From Cyclobacteriaceae bacterium (lineage in GTDB: Bacteria; Bacteroidota; Bacteroidia; Cytophagales; Cyclobacteriaceae), in the NCBI GenBank assembly GCA_033844545.1, contig JAJLJS010000020.1, positions 8,033 through 72,032 of the forward strand: 64,000 nucleotides of DNA, written 5' to 3'. The notes beneath the pieces are model-generated. The model saw only the letters and a program-made list of their open reading frames with translations, did no database searches and was not told the DNA's origin. Below are positions 46,632 through 55,977 of this stretch, piece after piece (position 1 is the first letter of the stretch; every line of letters begins with the position of its first letter). The position numbers and the translations under genes were made by a program.

Positions 46632-47471
46632 ATGACATCACCTAAATTTCAGAGGTATAACCTTTCAGTTTACTCTTCCTTATTTCTGTTGTTTCTGATT
46701 TTCAGTAGTTCCTGTGTATCAAATAAGAAACTACTTTACCTTCAGGATTTAGAAGCTGACCAGCAGAAAGCACCTTATTCCAGCCAAAAATACCCCTATG
46801 AAGAAGAAAAGTATCGACTTCAGAACTATGATATTGTTGAAATCACGATAAAAACTCCAAGTGAAGAGCTCAACAAGACTTTTAGTATTATAACTGGGGA
46901 ACAATCCAACATGAATATGAACATGGGCCCGAATGGTGGCGACTTGTTCTACCTCAATGGATACACCTTGGATGAAGAAGGTATGGTAGAAATACCATTG
47001 CTTGGAAAACTGCAAATCGTTGGACTTACTCTTGAGGAGGCCAAAGACCTTATTGGATCAAAAGTCCAGAAATATGTTCCAGATAACAACTATTTTGTCA
47101 GGATCAGATTAGGGGGTATCAGGTTTTCCGCACTGGGTGAGTTTAATGCCCCAGGAAAAGTGACAATCCTTCAGAATAGAGTAACCATTTTTGAAGCCTT
47201 GGCATCTGCAGGAGATATGACTACCATTGCCAAACGTGATGAGGTTATCCTACTGAGACAATATCCGGACGGAAGCCAAATTCACAGAATTAACCTGAAT
47301 GACAGGAATCTGTTGAATTCTGAATTTTACTTCATCAAGCCAAATGACGTGATCTACGCGGAACCACTTAAAGTCAGAGAACTTGGTGCCGGGACGAATT
47401 TTATCCAAACTTTGGCTTTAATTACCTCTACAGTCTCCACTATTGCCTTGATCCTGACCATTGTTCAGTAA
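46632..47471 (+). CDS. wza: Wza-like polysaccharide export lipoprotein
   Basis: Lipobox SSSC, Poly_export domain (GMVEIPLLG) and SLBB repeat (GEFNAPG, EALASAGD). Confidence 0.88.
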   Translation: MTSPKFQRYNLSVYSSLFLLFLIFSSSCVSNKKLLYLQDLEADQQKAPYSSQKYPYEEEKYRLQNYDIVEITIKTPSEELNKTFSIITGEQSNMNMNMGPNGGDLFYLNGYTLDEEGMVEIPLLGKLQIVGLTLEEAKDLIGSKVQKYVPDNNYFVRIRLGGIRFSALGEFNAPGKVTILQNRVTIFEALASAGDMTTIAKRDEVILLRQYPDGSQIHRINLNDRNLLNSEFYFIKPNDVIYAEPLKVRELGAGTNFIQTLALITSTVSTIALILTIVQ

Positions 47472-47483
47472 TACCCATTTCTT

Positions 47484-49850
47484 ATGAATTTTGAAACAAA
47501 CGAGAACGACTTTATAGTGGAGGAATCCGGTTATGAGCTTAAAACTATCTTTTATAAGATAGTTCAGAAATGGCTTTATATTTTAGGATTTATAGTTTGT
47601 TGCTTGGTTTTAAGCTTCTTTTATACCAAAACCTCAATTCCACTTTACAAGGTGGAGAGTATGTTCTTTATCAAAGAAAAAGAATCGCCTTTGGCGATAT
47701 TCGGTTCCCAGTCCTTGATAGAGAATTCTTCCATGGGTCTCCAAAATGAGACCATTATCCTGAAATCCAAACCCGTAGCCCTAGAAGTTCTTAAAAAACT
47801 GGATTTTCAAGTTGAATATTTCCAGAATGGCAGATTTGTGGATACAGAAGTGTATAACAATAAGCCGGTTTTGGTAGAGGTCGATTGGAAAAATCCCCAG
47901 GTAAGCGATGGATTGATAAAATTGGATTGGCAAGACAACAATCGGTATGAGCTAACTTTCATTGACGACCATTACAACAAATTACTTCCGGACGGAAGCA
48001 AAGTTTCCTTTGGATTTAATCCTGAACCAATTTCTGGAAATTTTAACGAATGGCTCGTAAACAACGAACTGAAAATTAAAATAATGAAGATATCCACAGA
48101 ACCCTCAGGCTCTGTGATGTTCAAACTTCGGGATTTGAATTCTTTAGCGTCGTATTATTCAGGTTCTTTGGAAATTGAACCTGTTGAAAGAGGTGCTTCT
48201 ATTATGTTGCTTTCGGTAAAAACCCCTAATGCCCAAAAGGGAGAAATTTACCTCAATACCCTGATGGATACTTTTTTGGATATGGAGTTGGATCAAAAAA
48301 ATCTATCGGCCAGTAAGACCGTTAATTTCATAGACAGCCAAGTCGCAGGGGTAGCAGATTCCCTGAGATTTTTTGAAAATCAACTCCAAAATTTCAGGTC
48401 CTCCAATCGAACCTATAACCTTAGCTCAGAGAGCTCCTCGGTCTATGAAAGACTCATGGAGTATGAAAATCAAAGAACTCAGGAAAGGTTTAAGCGGAAC
48501 TATTACAAAAATCTAAAAACCTACCTTACCCAGGAAAACTATCAAGACATAATTGCCCCTTCGGGAATTGGAATTGAAGACCCCTTCCTTAATGGCTTGA
48601 TTACTAGCTTGATGGAACTCCAGGCGGAAAAATCTAGAATGCTGGCAGTCCAAACTGAGGCAGCTCCTGCAGTAATTGAGGTCAATAGAAAAATTAAGGA
48701 TTTGAATCGATCCATCTTGGAAAACCTTCAAAATATAGAAAGAAACTCTAATTCCTTATTAAACGATCTTGATAATCAAATTGCTCAAATAGACAGATCA
48801 TTTTCCAGTTTACCAGAAACTGAACAACAACTTATTCGATTGCAAAGAGAGTTTAGCCTCAGCGAAAACCTTTACAATTATTTGATGGAACGAAGGGCGG
48901 AGGCTGCAATTTCTAAAGCATCCAATGAAGCCAACAACAAGATTGTTGAACCGGCCAAAGGAGGATACCAGATTAGCCCTACCCCTTTAAAGAATTATTT
49001 GATAGCTATTATTCTGGGTCTGTTTTTTCCTATTGCCTTTATTTCAACCCGAGAATTGTTCCGAACAAAAATTGAGGATGTGCAATTTTTAGAAAACAAG
49101 CTAAGAATACCTTTATTAGGAACTATTTTGCTCAATAAAAAATCAAGTAATCCTTTGGTGGTATTGGAACAAAAAAGGTCTGGTATTTCTGAATCCTTCC
49201 GCTCCTTGAGAGCGAATATGAAGTTCATCCTGAAAAAAGATACCCAGTTAACTTTTTTGGTGACAAGTACAATTTCTGGGGAGGGAAAGACCTTCTGTGC
49301 AATGAACCTTGCCGCAGCCTATAGCCTGACAGGAAAGAAAACTGTATTGGTGGGATGTGACATGCGTAAACCAAAGATTTTTGAAAGCTTTGATCTCAAC
49401 AATGAAATTGGACTTTCTACCTTTTTAAGCGGTCAGGAAAAAGATTGGAAGAATATTGTTTCTACAACCAAGTATAAAAACCTGGAAGTTATTGTTTCCG
49501 GCCCAACCCCTCCGAATCCTGCCGAACTTCTCTTTGACAATAGCTTTGCTTCTCTTTTGGAAACTCTCAAGGAAAATTATGAAGTAATAGTCTTGGATAC
49601 CCCACCGGTTGGGCTAGTTAGTGAAACTTTGGATCTTCTGACCCTGGTGGATTGTAGCCTGTTCGTCTTCAGACAAAATTATAGTCAAAGGTCTTTTATT
49701 GATGCTGTTAATGGACTCAGAACAAATAAGGGAATAAAAAATATTTTTGCCCTTTTCAACGGTGTCGAATCCAATAAAGTAGCCTATGGATATGGATATT
49801 CCTACGGCTATGGCTATGGATACTACGAAGAGGATAAAAAGAAAAAATAA
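47484..49850 (+). CDS. wzc: Wzc BY-kinase / polysaccharide co-polymerase
   Basis: Two TMs, ESFRSLR, Walker A GEGKT, DMRKP, LDTPP and C-terminal Tyr cluster YGYGYSYGYGYGYY. Confidence 0.93.
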   Translation: MNFETNENDFIVEESGYELKTIFYKIVQKWLYILGFIVCCLVLSFFYTKTSIPLYKVESMFFIKEKESPLAIFGSQSLIENSSMGLQNETIILKSKPVALEVLKKLDFQVEYFQNGRFVDTEVYNNKPVLVEVDWKNPQVSDGLIKLDWQDNNRYELTFIDDHYNKLLPDGSKVSFGFNPEPISGNFNEWLVNNELKIKIMKISTEPSGSVMFKLRDLNSLASYYSGSLEIEPVERGASIMLLSVKTPNAQKGEIYLNTLMDTFLDMELDQKNLSASKTVNFIDSQVAGVADSLRFFENQLQNFRSSNRTYNLSSESSSVYERLMEYENQRTQERFKRNYYKNLKTYLTQENYQDIIAPSGIGIEDPFLNGLITSLMELQAEKSRMLAVQTEAAPAVIEVNRKIKDLNRSILENLQNIERNSNSLLNDLDNQIAQIDRSFSSLPETEQQLIRLQREFSLSENLYNYLMERRAEAAISKASNEANNKIVEPAKGGYQISPTPLKNYLIAIILGLFFPIAFISTRELFRTKIEDVQFLENKLRIPLLGTILLNKKSSNPLVVLEQKRSGISESFRSLRANMKFILKKDTQLTFLVTSTISGEGKTFCAMNLAAAYSLTGKKTVLVGCDMRKPKIFESFDLNNEIGLSTFLSGQEKDWKNIVSTTKYKNLEVIVSGPTPPNPAELLFDNSFASLLETLKENYEVIVLDTPPVGLVSETLDLLTLVDCSLFVFRQNYSQRSFIDAVNGLRTNKGIKNIFALFNGVESNKVAYGYGYSYGYGYGYYEEDKKKK

Positions 49851-49866
49851 TAAATGAATTTTATAC

Positions 49867-49895
49867 GGGGTTTGAGTTTCAAACCCCTTTCTTTT
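49867..49895 (+). terminator. Intrinsic terminator inside operon 2
   Basis: GGGGTTTGA-gtt-TCAAACCCC followed by TTTCTTTT. Confidence 0.7.
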
Positions 49896-49899
49896 GGAT

Positions 49900-51696
49900 A
49901 TGAGATTGAATTGGAGTGAAAGCAGCTTCAAGTATTTTAAATACTTCTATAGATATTTAGGAAATAGGATTTTCATACTCTCTATTCTCAGTTTTATTGT
50001 TGGAGTCTTGGATGGTTTTGGATTAGCCTTATTTATTCCACTCATCCAGGTGGCTGTTGATGGGGATTCAAATTCAAATCCTGAATTAGGAGATCTTGAT
50101 TTTTTGATTGACTCCATGGGAAATATTGGACTGGAATTAAATGTGACCAATATTTTGATTTTCATGACTTTTCTTTTTCTATTAAAAGGAGTTTTCAAAT
50201 TCATGGACTCCTATTACAAAGTTCAGCTTCAAATTTCCTTCGTTAAGAAACTCCGATTTCAAATGTTGGACGGTTTGGGAGGTATAGGTTATCAAAATTT
50301 TGTAGGACTGGATGCAGGACGAATCCAAAACACACTCTCAGGAGAAGTTTATAAAGTAACCGGTGCGTTCATAAGTTATTTTAATACCCTTCAATATGTG
50401 GTATTGCTTTTTGTCTATTTTGGCCTTGCTTTATTTTCTGATTGGAAATTTGCTCTTTTGGTGAGTATTGGCGGGTTTCTCTCTAATATCTTCTTTAAAA
50501 TTCTGTTTAAAAGGACTGAAACTGCTTCAATCTTAATTTCATCAAAAGGGCACCAATTTCAATCCTACTTGATTCAAGCTGTTCAGCATTTCAAATACCT
50601 AAAAGCCACCTCTTATTTTAAAAATTATCGGGAAAAACTTGTTGATCAGATAATCAATATTGAGAATCTTCAAAAACGAATTGGTTTTTACAACTCCCTT
50701 TTAAACGGTATGCGTGAGCCAATTATTCTCATTATCGTAGTGATTGTAATTGCCGTTCAAATTAATCTGTTCGGAGGTTCTATTGCTACCATACTTTTGA
50801 GTTTAATGTTTTTTTACCGGGCCCTAAATTATGTCATATCCATTCAGTCAAGTTGGCAAACCTTTATTTCCCAATATGGGGGAATTGTTGCTGCCAATGA
50901 GATGATTGAATTATTTCGTCAAGGTGCAGATAATCATCAGGTGCCAGATGAAAAGGTTTACTCCTTGAAATCAATAGATCTGAAAGATGTTTACTTTAGA
51001 TTTAAAGATGGAACAGATATTCTCAGATCTATAAGTATCTCAATCCAAAAAAATGAGGCCATTGCCTTTGTAGGACCTAGTGGAAGTGGCAAAACAACCC
51101 TGGTAAATTTAATTGTTGGCTTATTTACTCCGACCAGCGGGCAAGTAATAATTAATGGAGAAGACAGAGAAAAATTGGACTTCCAATCCTTTCGGTCCAA
51201 GATTGGCTATATTACTCAGGAGCCCGTCATTTTCAACGACACTGTTTATAACAATGTGACTTTTTGGTCCCCTAAAACTCCCGTAAATTTGCAAAAATTT
51301 TGGGAGGCCATCCGACTCGCAAATCTCTCTGAATTTGTCTCTCAAGCTGCAGAAGGTGAGGATTTGATGCTGGGGGATAATGGTGTAAAAGCCAGTGGAG
51401 GACAAAAACAAAGAATTTCAATTGCCCGTGAATTATTCAAAGAGGTTGAAATTATTGTTTTTGATGAAGCAACTTCAGCACTGGATTCAGATTCCGAAAA
51501 AGTGATTCAGGAAAACATCCAATCCCTGCAGGGAAAGTATACCTTGATTCTTATTGCCCACCGCCTCTCGACCATTAAAAATGTCGACAAAATTTACCTT
51601 GTCAGCAATGGAGAAATTAAGTCTTCTGGAAATTTTGAAGGCTTAATGGAATCTGATAAAGATTTCAAAAGGATGGTTCAACTACAGGAATTTTGA
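49900..51696 (+). CDS. Fused TMD-NBD ABC transporter (MsbA/PglK-like glycan flippase)
   Basis: 6-TM domain plus GPSGSGKT, ASGGQKQR, DEATSALD and IAHRLST. ATG at 49900 (track start is TTG 49894). Confidence 0.88.
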   Translation: MRLNWSESSFKYFKYFYRYLGNRIFILSILSFIVGVLDGFGLALFIPLIQVAVDGDSNSNPELGDLDFLIDSMGNIGLELNVTNILIFMTFLFLLKGVFKFMDSYYKVQLQISFVKKLRFQMLDGLGGIGYQNFVGLDAGRIQNTLSGEVYKVTGAFISYFNTLQYVVLLFVYFGLALFSDWKFALLVSIGGFLSNIFFKILFKRTETASILISSKGHQFQSYLIQAVQHFKYLKATSYFKNYREKLVDQIINIENLQKRIGFYNSLLNGMREPIILIIVVIVIAVQINLFGGSIATILLSLMFFYRALNYVISIQSSWQTFISQYGGIVAANEMIELFRQGADNHQVPDEKVYSLKSIDLKDVYFRFKDGTDILRSISISIQKNEAIAFVGPSGSGKTTLVNLIVGLFTPTSGQVIINGEDREKLDFQSFRSKIGYITQEPVIFNDTVYNNVTFWSPKTPVNLQKFWEAIRLANLSEFVSQAAEGEDLMLGDNGVKASGGQKQRISIARELFKEVEIIVFDEATSALDSDSEKVIQENIQSLQGKYTLILIAHRLSTIKNVDKIYLVSNGEIKSSGNFEGLMESDKDFKRMVQLQEF

Positions 51697-52799
51697 ATTA
51701 TCCCCGAATTTTGCTGGTAGGTCCTCTAAATAAAGAGGGAGTAGGTGGTAGGCTAGAGGAAATGAAGGTTTGGGCTAAACTTTTTGCCCGACAGGAATTG
51801 GAAGTTTGTGTTTTTACCCCAAATTTCTCCGGGAAATATTTTGGGGAAATTGATTGCCTGGAGGCTATTGATTTGATCCTAGGATTCAAAAAATCAATCC
51901 CAAAAACCCTCAAGACCTACATCCTAAGGATATGGTATTCAAGAATTTTTAAGTTCAAACGCGATTCATTTTATCAATCAAAAGCCTGGAAAAGTTTTGC
52001 CGAAGGGTTTTCCCATTTATTTCTGTTCATCACAGATGACTCCAAGGAAAGAATGATTTTTGAATCTGATCTTCCAAGCAGGGTTATGATTAGGTATACG
52101 GGGACACTTCACTCATTTGACAAAATTCTAAGGGACAATCAATATATTTCTCAGGAAAATAGAGCATATATCTTTCATTCCACCGATCTGATTCCTGGAT
52201 TGGTCTCAAAATGCCCACAATATTTCATAGATCAAACCTGTCTTCAAGAGGAAAAGCTCAAATTGATTCCTCCGACCAAAAGTGTAAAGAGATTTGCCAT
52301 GGTGGGACTTTTTATGCACGTCAAACAGATGGAGCCGGTTGTCAGATTGTTTTCTCAGTTGCCTGATTTGACCTTGTTGCTTTTTGGTCAAGGTGAACTT
52401 GAAACCCATATTAAGGACATCATTACAAAGGAGAAAATTCAAAATGTCCAGATAAAAGGCTTTGTAAGTCCAGATAATATTGAAACAATTTACAGTCAAT
52501 TTGATGTCCTTATTTTGAATTCTTTGCATGAGACGGGCCCAATGATCGGCATTGAGGCCATGGCGGCTGGCAAGCTTATTCTAAGCAGGCCAATAGGCTC
52601 CATGAGAACAAGGCTAAAAGGATTTGATGACTTTATCTTCAATGATCAGGTAGAATTACTGGCTCAGATAAAAAAAATTAAAGGATTGTCAGAAGATAGA
52701 ATTTTGGATTATTCAAATAAGCTAAGAGAAAGGTATTTGAATCAATATTCATCGGACGCAATTTCTGAACAGATTATTTCCTTAATCCATAGATCATGA
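51693..52799 (+). CDS. GT4-like glycosyltransferase
   Basis: ETGPMIGIEAMAAGK motif. Confidence 0.78.
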   Translation: MNYPRILLVGPLNKEGVGGRLEEMKVWAKLFARQELEVCVFTPNFSGKYFGEIDCLEAIDLILGFKKSIPKTLKTYILRIWYSRIFKFKRDSFYQSKAWKSFAEGFSHLFLFITDDSKERMIFESDLPSRVMIRYTGTLHSFDKILRDNQYISQENRAYIFHSTDLIPGLVSKCPQYFIDQTCLQEEKLKLIPPTKSVKRFAMVGLFMHVKQMEPVVRLFSQLPDLTLLLFGQGELETHIKDIITKEKIQNVQIKGFVSPDNIETIYSQFDVLILNSLHETGPMIGIEAMAAGKLILSRPIGSMRTRLKGFDDFIFNDQVELLAQIKKIKGLSEDRILDYSNKLRERYLNQYSSDAISEQIISLIHRS

Positions 52800-53806
52800 G
52801 ACAAGGAGAGAACCCTTCCAAAAAAGATTATAAAATTAAAATTGAAACTACCCATCGGATTATAATATCTGTTTATATCCCTAACCTCCAGGATGAATAT
52901 TTCAAAAATTCTTCGGAGATTTTTTGTATGTGTTTGGATTCAGTCTTAGCAACGATTCATTCCAAAACCAGGGTTTCAATCATTCTTAACGGTTGTTGCG
53001 ATGAGGTAAATCAGTTGGTCTATTCCTATCAAGCTGATTATCCTCACTTGATTGATCAGGTTTATTATACTCAAAATAACCTTGGAAAGATTAATGCGAT
53101 TTATTCAATTGTCAAAAGCAATTTAGAATCCTTGTTGACCATCACAGATGCGGATGTCATGTTTCTTCCCAATTGGCAAAGTGAGGTTGAAAAGATTTTT
53201 GTCGCTTTTCCTGAAGCGGGTATGGTTAGTCCGGTTCCAAGTAGCAAAGGTTTTCTTTATAGTACAGCAAGTACCCTTTATTACGGTTTGTTTAAGGGGA
53301 AAATAAAATTCAGACCTGTCCTGGATCCGGATGGCTTGATAAATTTCCAGGAAAGTGTCGGTTCCAATCTCTATCAAAAGATACATTTGGAAAAGTATCT
53401 GGTGATAGAAAACAACGGGAATGAGGCTGTAGTGGGCTGTGGACATTTTGTCGGGACTTTCCGCATGGAAGTTTTCGAACATTCCCCGACAAAAGTTTGT
53501 CAGTTTAGAGTCCAGGGAGGAAGTGAAGAAGCATATTTGGATGATCCAAATGACCTTTCTGGGAGACTTCGATTAGCCACTTTGGGGAATTTTGCCTACC
53601 ATCTCGGAAATACACCCAAAGATTGGATGAGAGACGCCTTGGCAAAAACAAAGGCTGAATCTTTTCCCAAACCTGAAATAATCCTTCCACCATCCAAAAG
53701 CCTCACCAAATGGCAGGTGAAAGTCGGAAGACTGTTATTTATACTTTTATTCTATAAATTCAGAAAGCAATTTTTCAAAACTCTGGGGGTAAATGAGCCT
53801 TATTAA
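52796..53806 (+). CDS. GT-A/GT2-like glycosyltransferase
   Basis: NLGKINA and TDADV (DxD) motifs. Confidence 0.72.
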   Translation: MRQGENPSKKDYKIKIETTHRIIISVYIPNLQDEYFKNSSEIFCMCLDSVLATIHSKTRVSIILNGCCDEVNQLVYSYQADYPHLIDQVYYTQNNLGKINAIYSIVKSNLESLLTITDADVMFLPNWQSEVEKIFVAFPEAGMVSPVPSSKGFLYSTASTLYYGLFKGKIKFRPVLDPDGLINFQESVGSNLYQKIHLEKYLVIENNGNEAVVGCGHFVGTFRMEVFEHSPTKVCQFRVQGGSEEAYLDDPNDLSGRLRLATLGNFAYHLGNTPKDWMRDALAKTKAESFPKPEIILPPSKSLTKWQVKVGRLLFILLFYKFRKQFFKTLGVNEPY

Positions 53807-53811
53807 ATGAT

Positions 53812-54468
53812 ATGAATTCCCTGAAATTTAAAATTTGGCGAAAACTTCATCAATGGATTCATTCCGAAATAGATATTGACAAAAAAGCCAAAGTCTCGTT
53901 CTGGACTAGAGGTGTTCATCATGTAGAGTTTCAGGGGGGGAATTTGGTGCCGGAAGGTTGTGTCTTTTCGGATTCCACCCAACTCGGCTTTAGGACTACT
54001 TTAGGGACTAATAATTTTTTTGGGGGAAAAGTAAAAGTTGGTAAGTATTGTCAAATAGGTCGGGACGTAGCTTTTCATCCGACAAATCATCCCATAGATT
54101 ACCTGACCACCTATATCAACTCCCAACTTTTCAAAGGGGACCTTAAATCATTGAAGACTGAAAAGCCAATTTCAATCGGCAACGACGTATGGATTGGACA
54201 TGGAGTGATTGTATTAGCTGGAGTCGTGGTTGGAGACGGCGCTATTTTGGCAGCTGGTTCTGTTGTGACCAAAGATGTGGAGCCTTATACCATCGTGGCA
54301 GGCAATCCTGCTAAACCTGTCAGAAAAAGATTCTCGGAAGAAATTATTCAGGAACTTTTAGCCCTACAATGGTGGGATAAATCCGAGGAAGAACTTGAAG
54401 CATTAAAACCGCTATTTTTTAAAAGACTAGTGGATTTTCCTACTCTAAAAAATATCAATATTCCTTAA
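53812..54468 (+). CDS. CatB/Vat-like (XAT) O-acetyltransferase, probably polysaccharide-modifying
   Basis: GKYCQI, NHP, IGNDVWIG, GNPAKPVRKRF and LQWWD motifs. Confidence 0.85.
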   Translation: MNSLKFKIWRKLHQWIHSEIDIDKKAKVSFWTRGVHHVEFQGGNLVPEGCVFSDSTQLGFRTTLGTNNFFGGKVKVGKYCQIGRDVAFHPTNHPIDYLTTYINSQLFKGDLKSLKTEKPISIGNDVWIGHGVIVLAGVVVGDGAILAAGSVVTKDVEPYTIVAGNPAKPVRKRFSEEIIQELLALQWWDKSEEELEALKPLFFKRLVDFPTLKNINIP

Positions 54469-55865
54469 TGCACATTTGTTTTTTGATCCCTGACGGGGTT
54501 GGTATCAGAAATTACCTTTATTCCGATATTATCGGTGAATTGGAAAAAGACGGCCATTCAGTGACTGTTTGGCATTCATTGGATGAGGAAGTGATCCAAC
54601 AAGCCAAAAGGATTCATACCACCTCTGAATTCAACCAATATTCGTTTTCGTTTTACAAAGAAGATGTTTTACCAAGATTTTTGAGGGACACTGTAGCTTT
54701 TAGCAGGTTAAAACTAAATAGTCAATTAAAAAATAACCCAACCATCTTGGATAATTGGCTTCCGAAAAAAAACCTGAAAGGACGGATTTCCAATTTCTTC
54801 GCCAAATCATTGGCGAGCCGTTCACCTTCTTTTGAAAAAATAGAAGGAGTGGAAAAAATGATCGTAGCCCAACACCGAAAATCTCAAGCCTACAAAAAGT
54901 ATCAAGATGATTTGAAAAAAATTGGGCCTGATATAGTTTTTTGTACCCATCAACGGGAGCCTAATGCTGGTTTGGCAATGCTTGCTGCCAGAGATTTGGG
55001 GATTAAAACTGTGACAGCCATTTTTTCTTGGGATAATCTACCCAAAGGTAGGCTTCCGATGAGGGCAGATTTCTATTTGGTTTGGTCCGAATATATGAAA
55101 ACTGAGCTTCTTGAGTATTTTCCCGATATTCAGGAACACCAAATTCAGATTGTCGGTACTCCGCAGTTTGACTTTTATTCTAACTCCTCACTTTTACTTT
55201 CCAGAGAAGAGTTTGCAAATCAATGGGGTTTGGATCCTGAAAAAAAGTGGATTTGCTTTTCGGGAGATGATATCCTTACCTCTCCCCATGATCCGAAGTA
55301 CCTTTGGGATATTGCTCAATCCTTACTGGATCAGCCTTCAATTCAGGTGATTTTCAGGCCTGTTCCTGTTGAGGATTTTGAAAGATATCAATACGTACTC
55401 GAAAAATTTCCTGAAATCAAGGTATTACCACCTTTGTGGAAAAAAGGGGCTCTTTGGAGTAGATATTTTCCTTATCCGGAGGATATTCAAATGTTGGTCA
55501 ATCTTGCCAAACATTGCGGAACTGTAATAAACGTGGGATCTACCATGGCATTGGATTTCGCCCAGTTTGATCATCCTGGAATTTATCTCAACTATGAGGT
55601 CAACCCTTCACATTCTTGGTCCATAAAACGAGTCTACAGATTCCAACATTTTAGATCATTTAAGGATCTGGATGCTGTGGTTTGGATCAATTCTAAGGAG
55701 GAAATCAAAGATACAGTCTTAAAGGTACTTGAGACGCCTGCTCAAGTGGCTAAAGACCGGATCATTTGGAGAGATAGAATAGTATCCCAACAATCCGATA
55801 TAAGTTCTTCCTCAAGGATTATTGGCTTTCTAAAATCCATACCTAACAGCCTGTCCTCAAATTAG
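54468..55865 (+). CDS. GT-B-like putative glycosyltransferase (SWDN motif)
   Basis: IFSWDNLPKG, VWSEYMK, VGTPQFD and NVGSTMALD motifs; operon context. Confidence 0.6.
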   Translation: MHICFLIPDGVGIRNYLYSDIIGELEKDGHSVTVWHSLDEEVIQQAKRIHTTSEFNQYSFSFYKEDVLPRFLRDTVAFSRLKLNSQLKNNPTILDNWLPKKNLKGRISNFFAKSLASRSPSFEKIEGVEKMIVAQHRKSQAYKKYQDDLKKIGPDIVFCTHQREPNAGLAMLAARDLGIKTVTAIFSWDNLPKGRLPMRADFYLVWSEYMKTELLEYFPDIQEHQIQIVGTPQFDFYSNSSLLLSREEFANQWGLDPEKKWICFSGDDILTSPHDPKYLWDIAQSLLDQPSIQVIFRPVPVEDFERYQYVLEKFPEIKVLPPLWKKGALWSRYFPYPEDIQMLVNLAKHCGTVINVGSTMALDFAQFDHPGIYLNYEVNPSHSWSIKRVYRFQHFRSFKDLDAVVWINSKEEIKDTVLKVLETPAQVAKDRIIWRDRIVSQQSDISSSSRIIGFLKSIPNSLSSN

Positions 55866-55977
55866 GGAGTGCTACGTACTCCAGGAAGCTCCTGTTTTAT
55901 AGCTCCTGGGTAAATTTCATCCTTTATCCTTAAAAATCTCCGGTAAAATTAAGGGAAAATCCCCCCAAAAATTAATA

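Noticed and set aside
49785-49826. TATGGA/TATGGC tandem-like repeat
   Set aside because: It encodes the normal Wzc tyrosine cluster.
53812-54468. Antibiotic resistance gene (catB/vat)
   Set aside because: XAT fold, but coupled within a glycosyltransferase operon and with no mobile context; more likely a sugar O-acetyltransferase.
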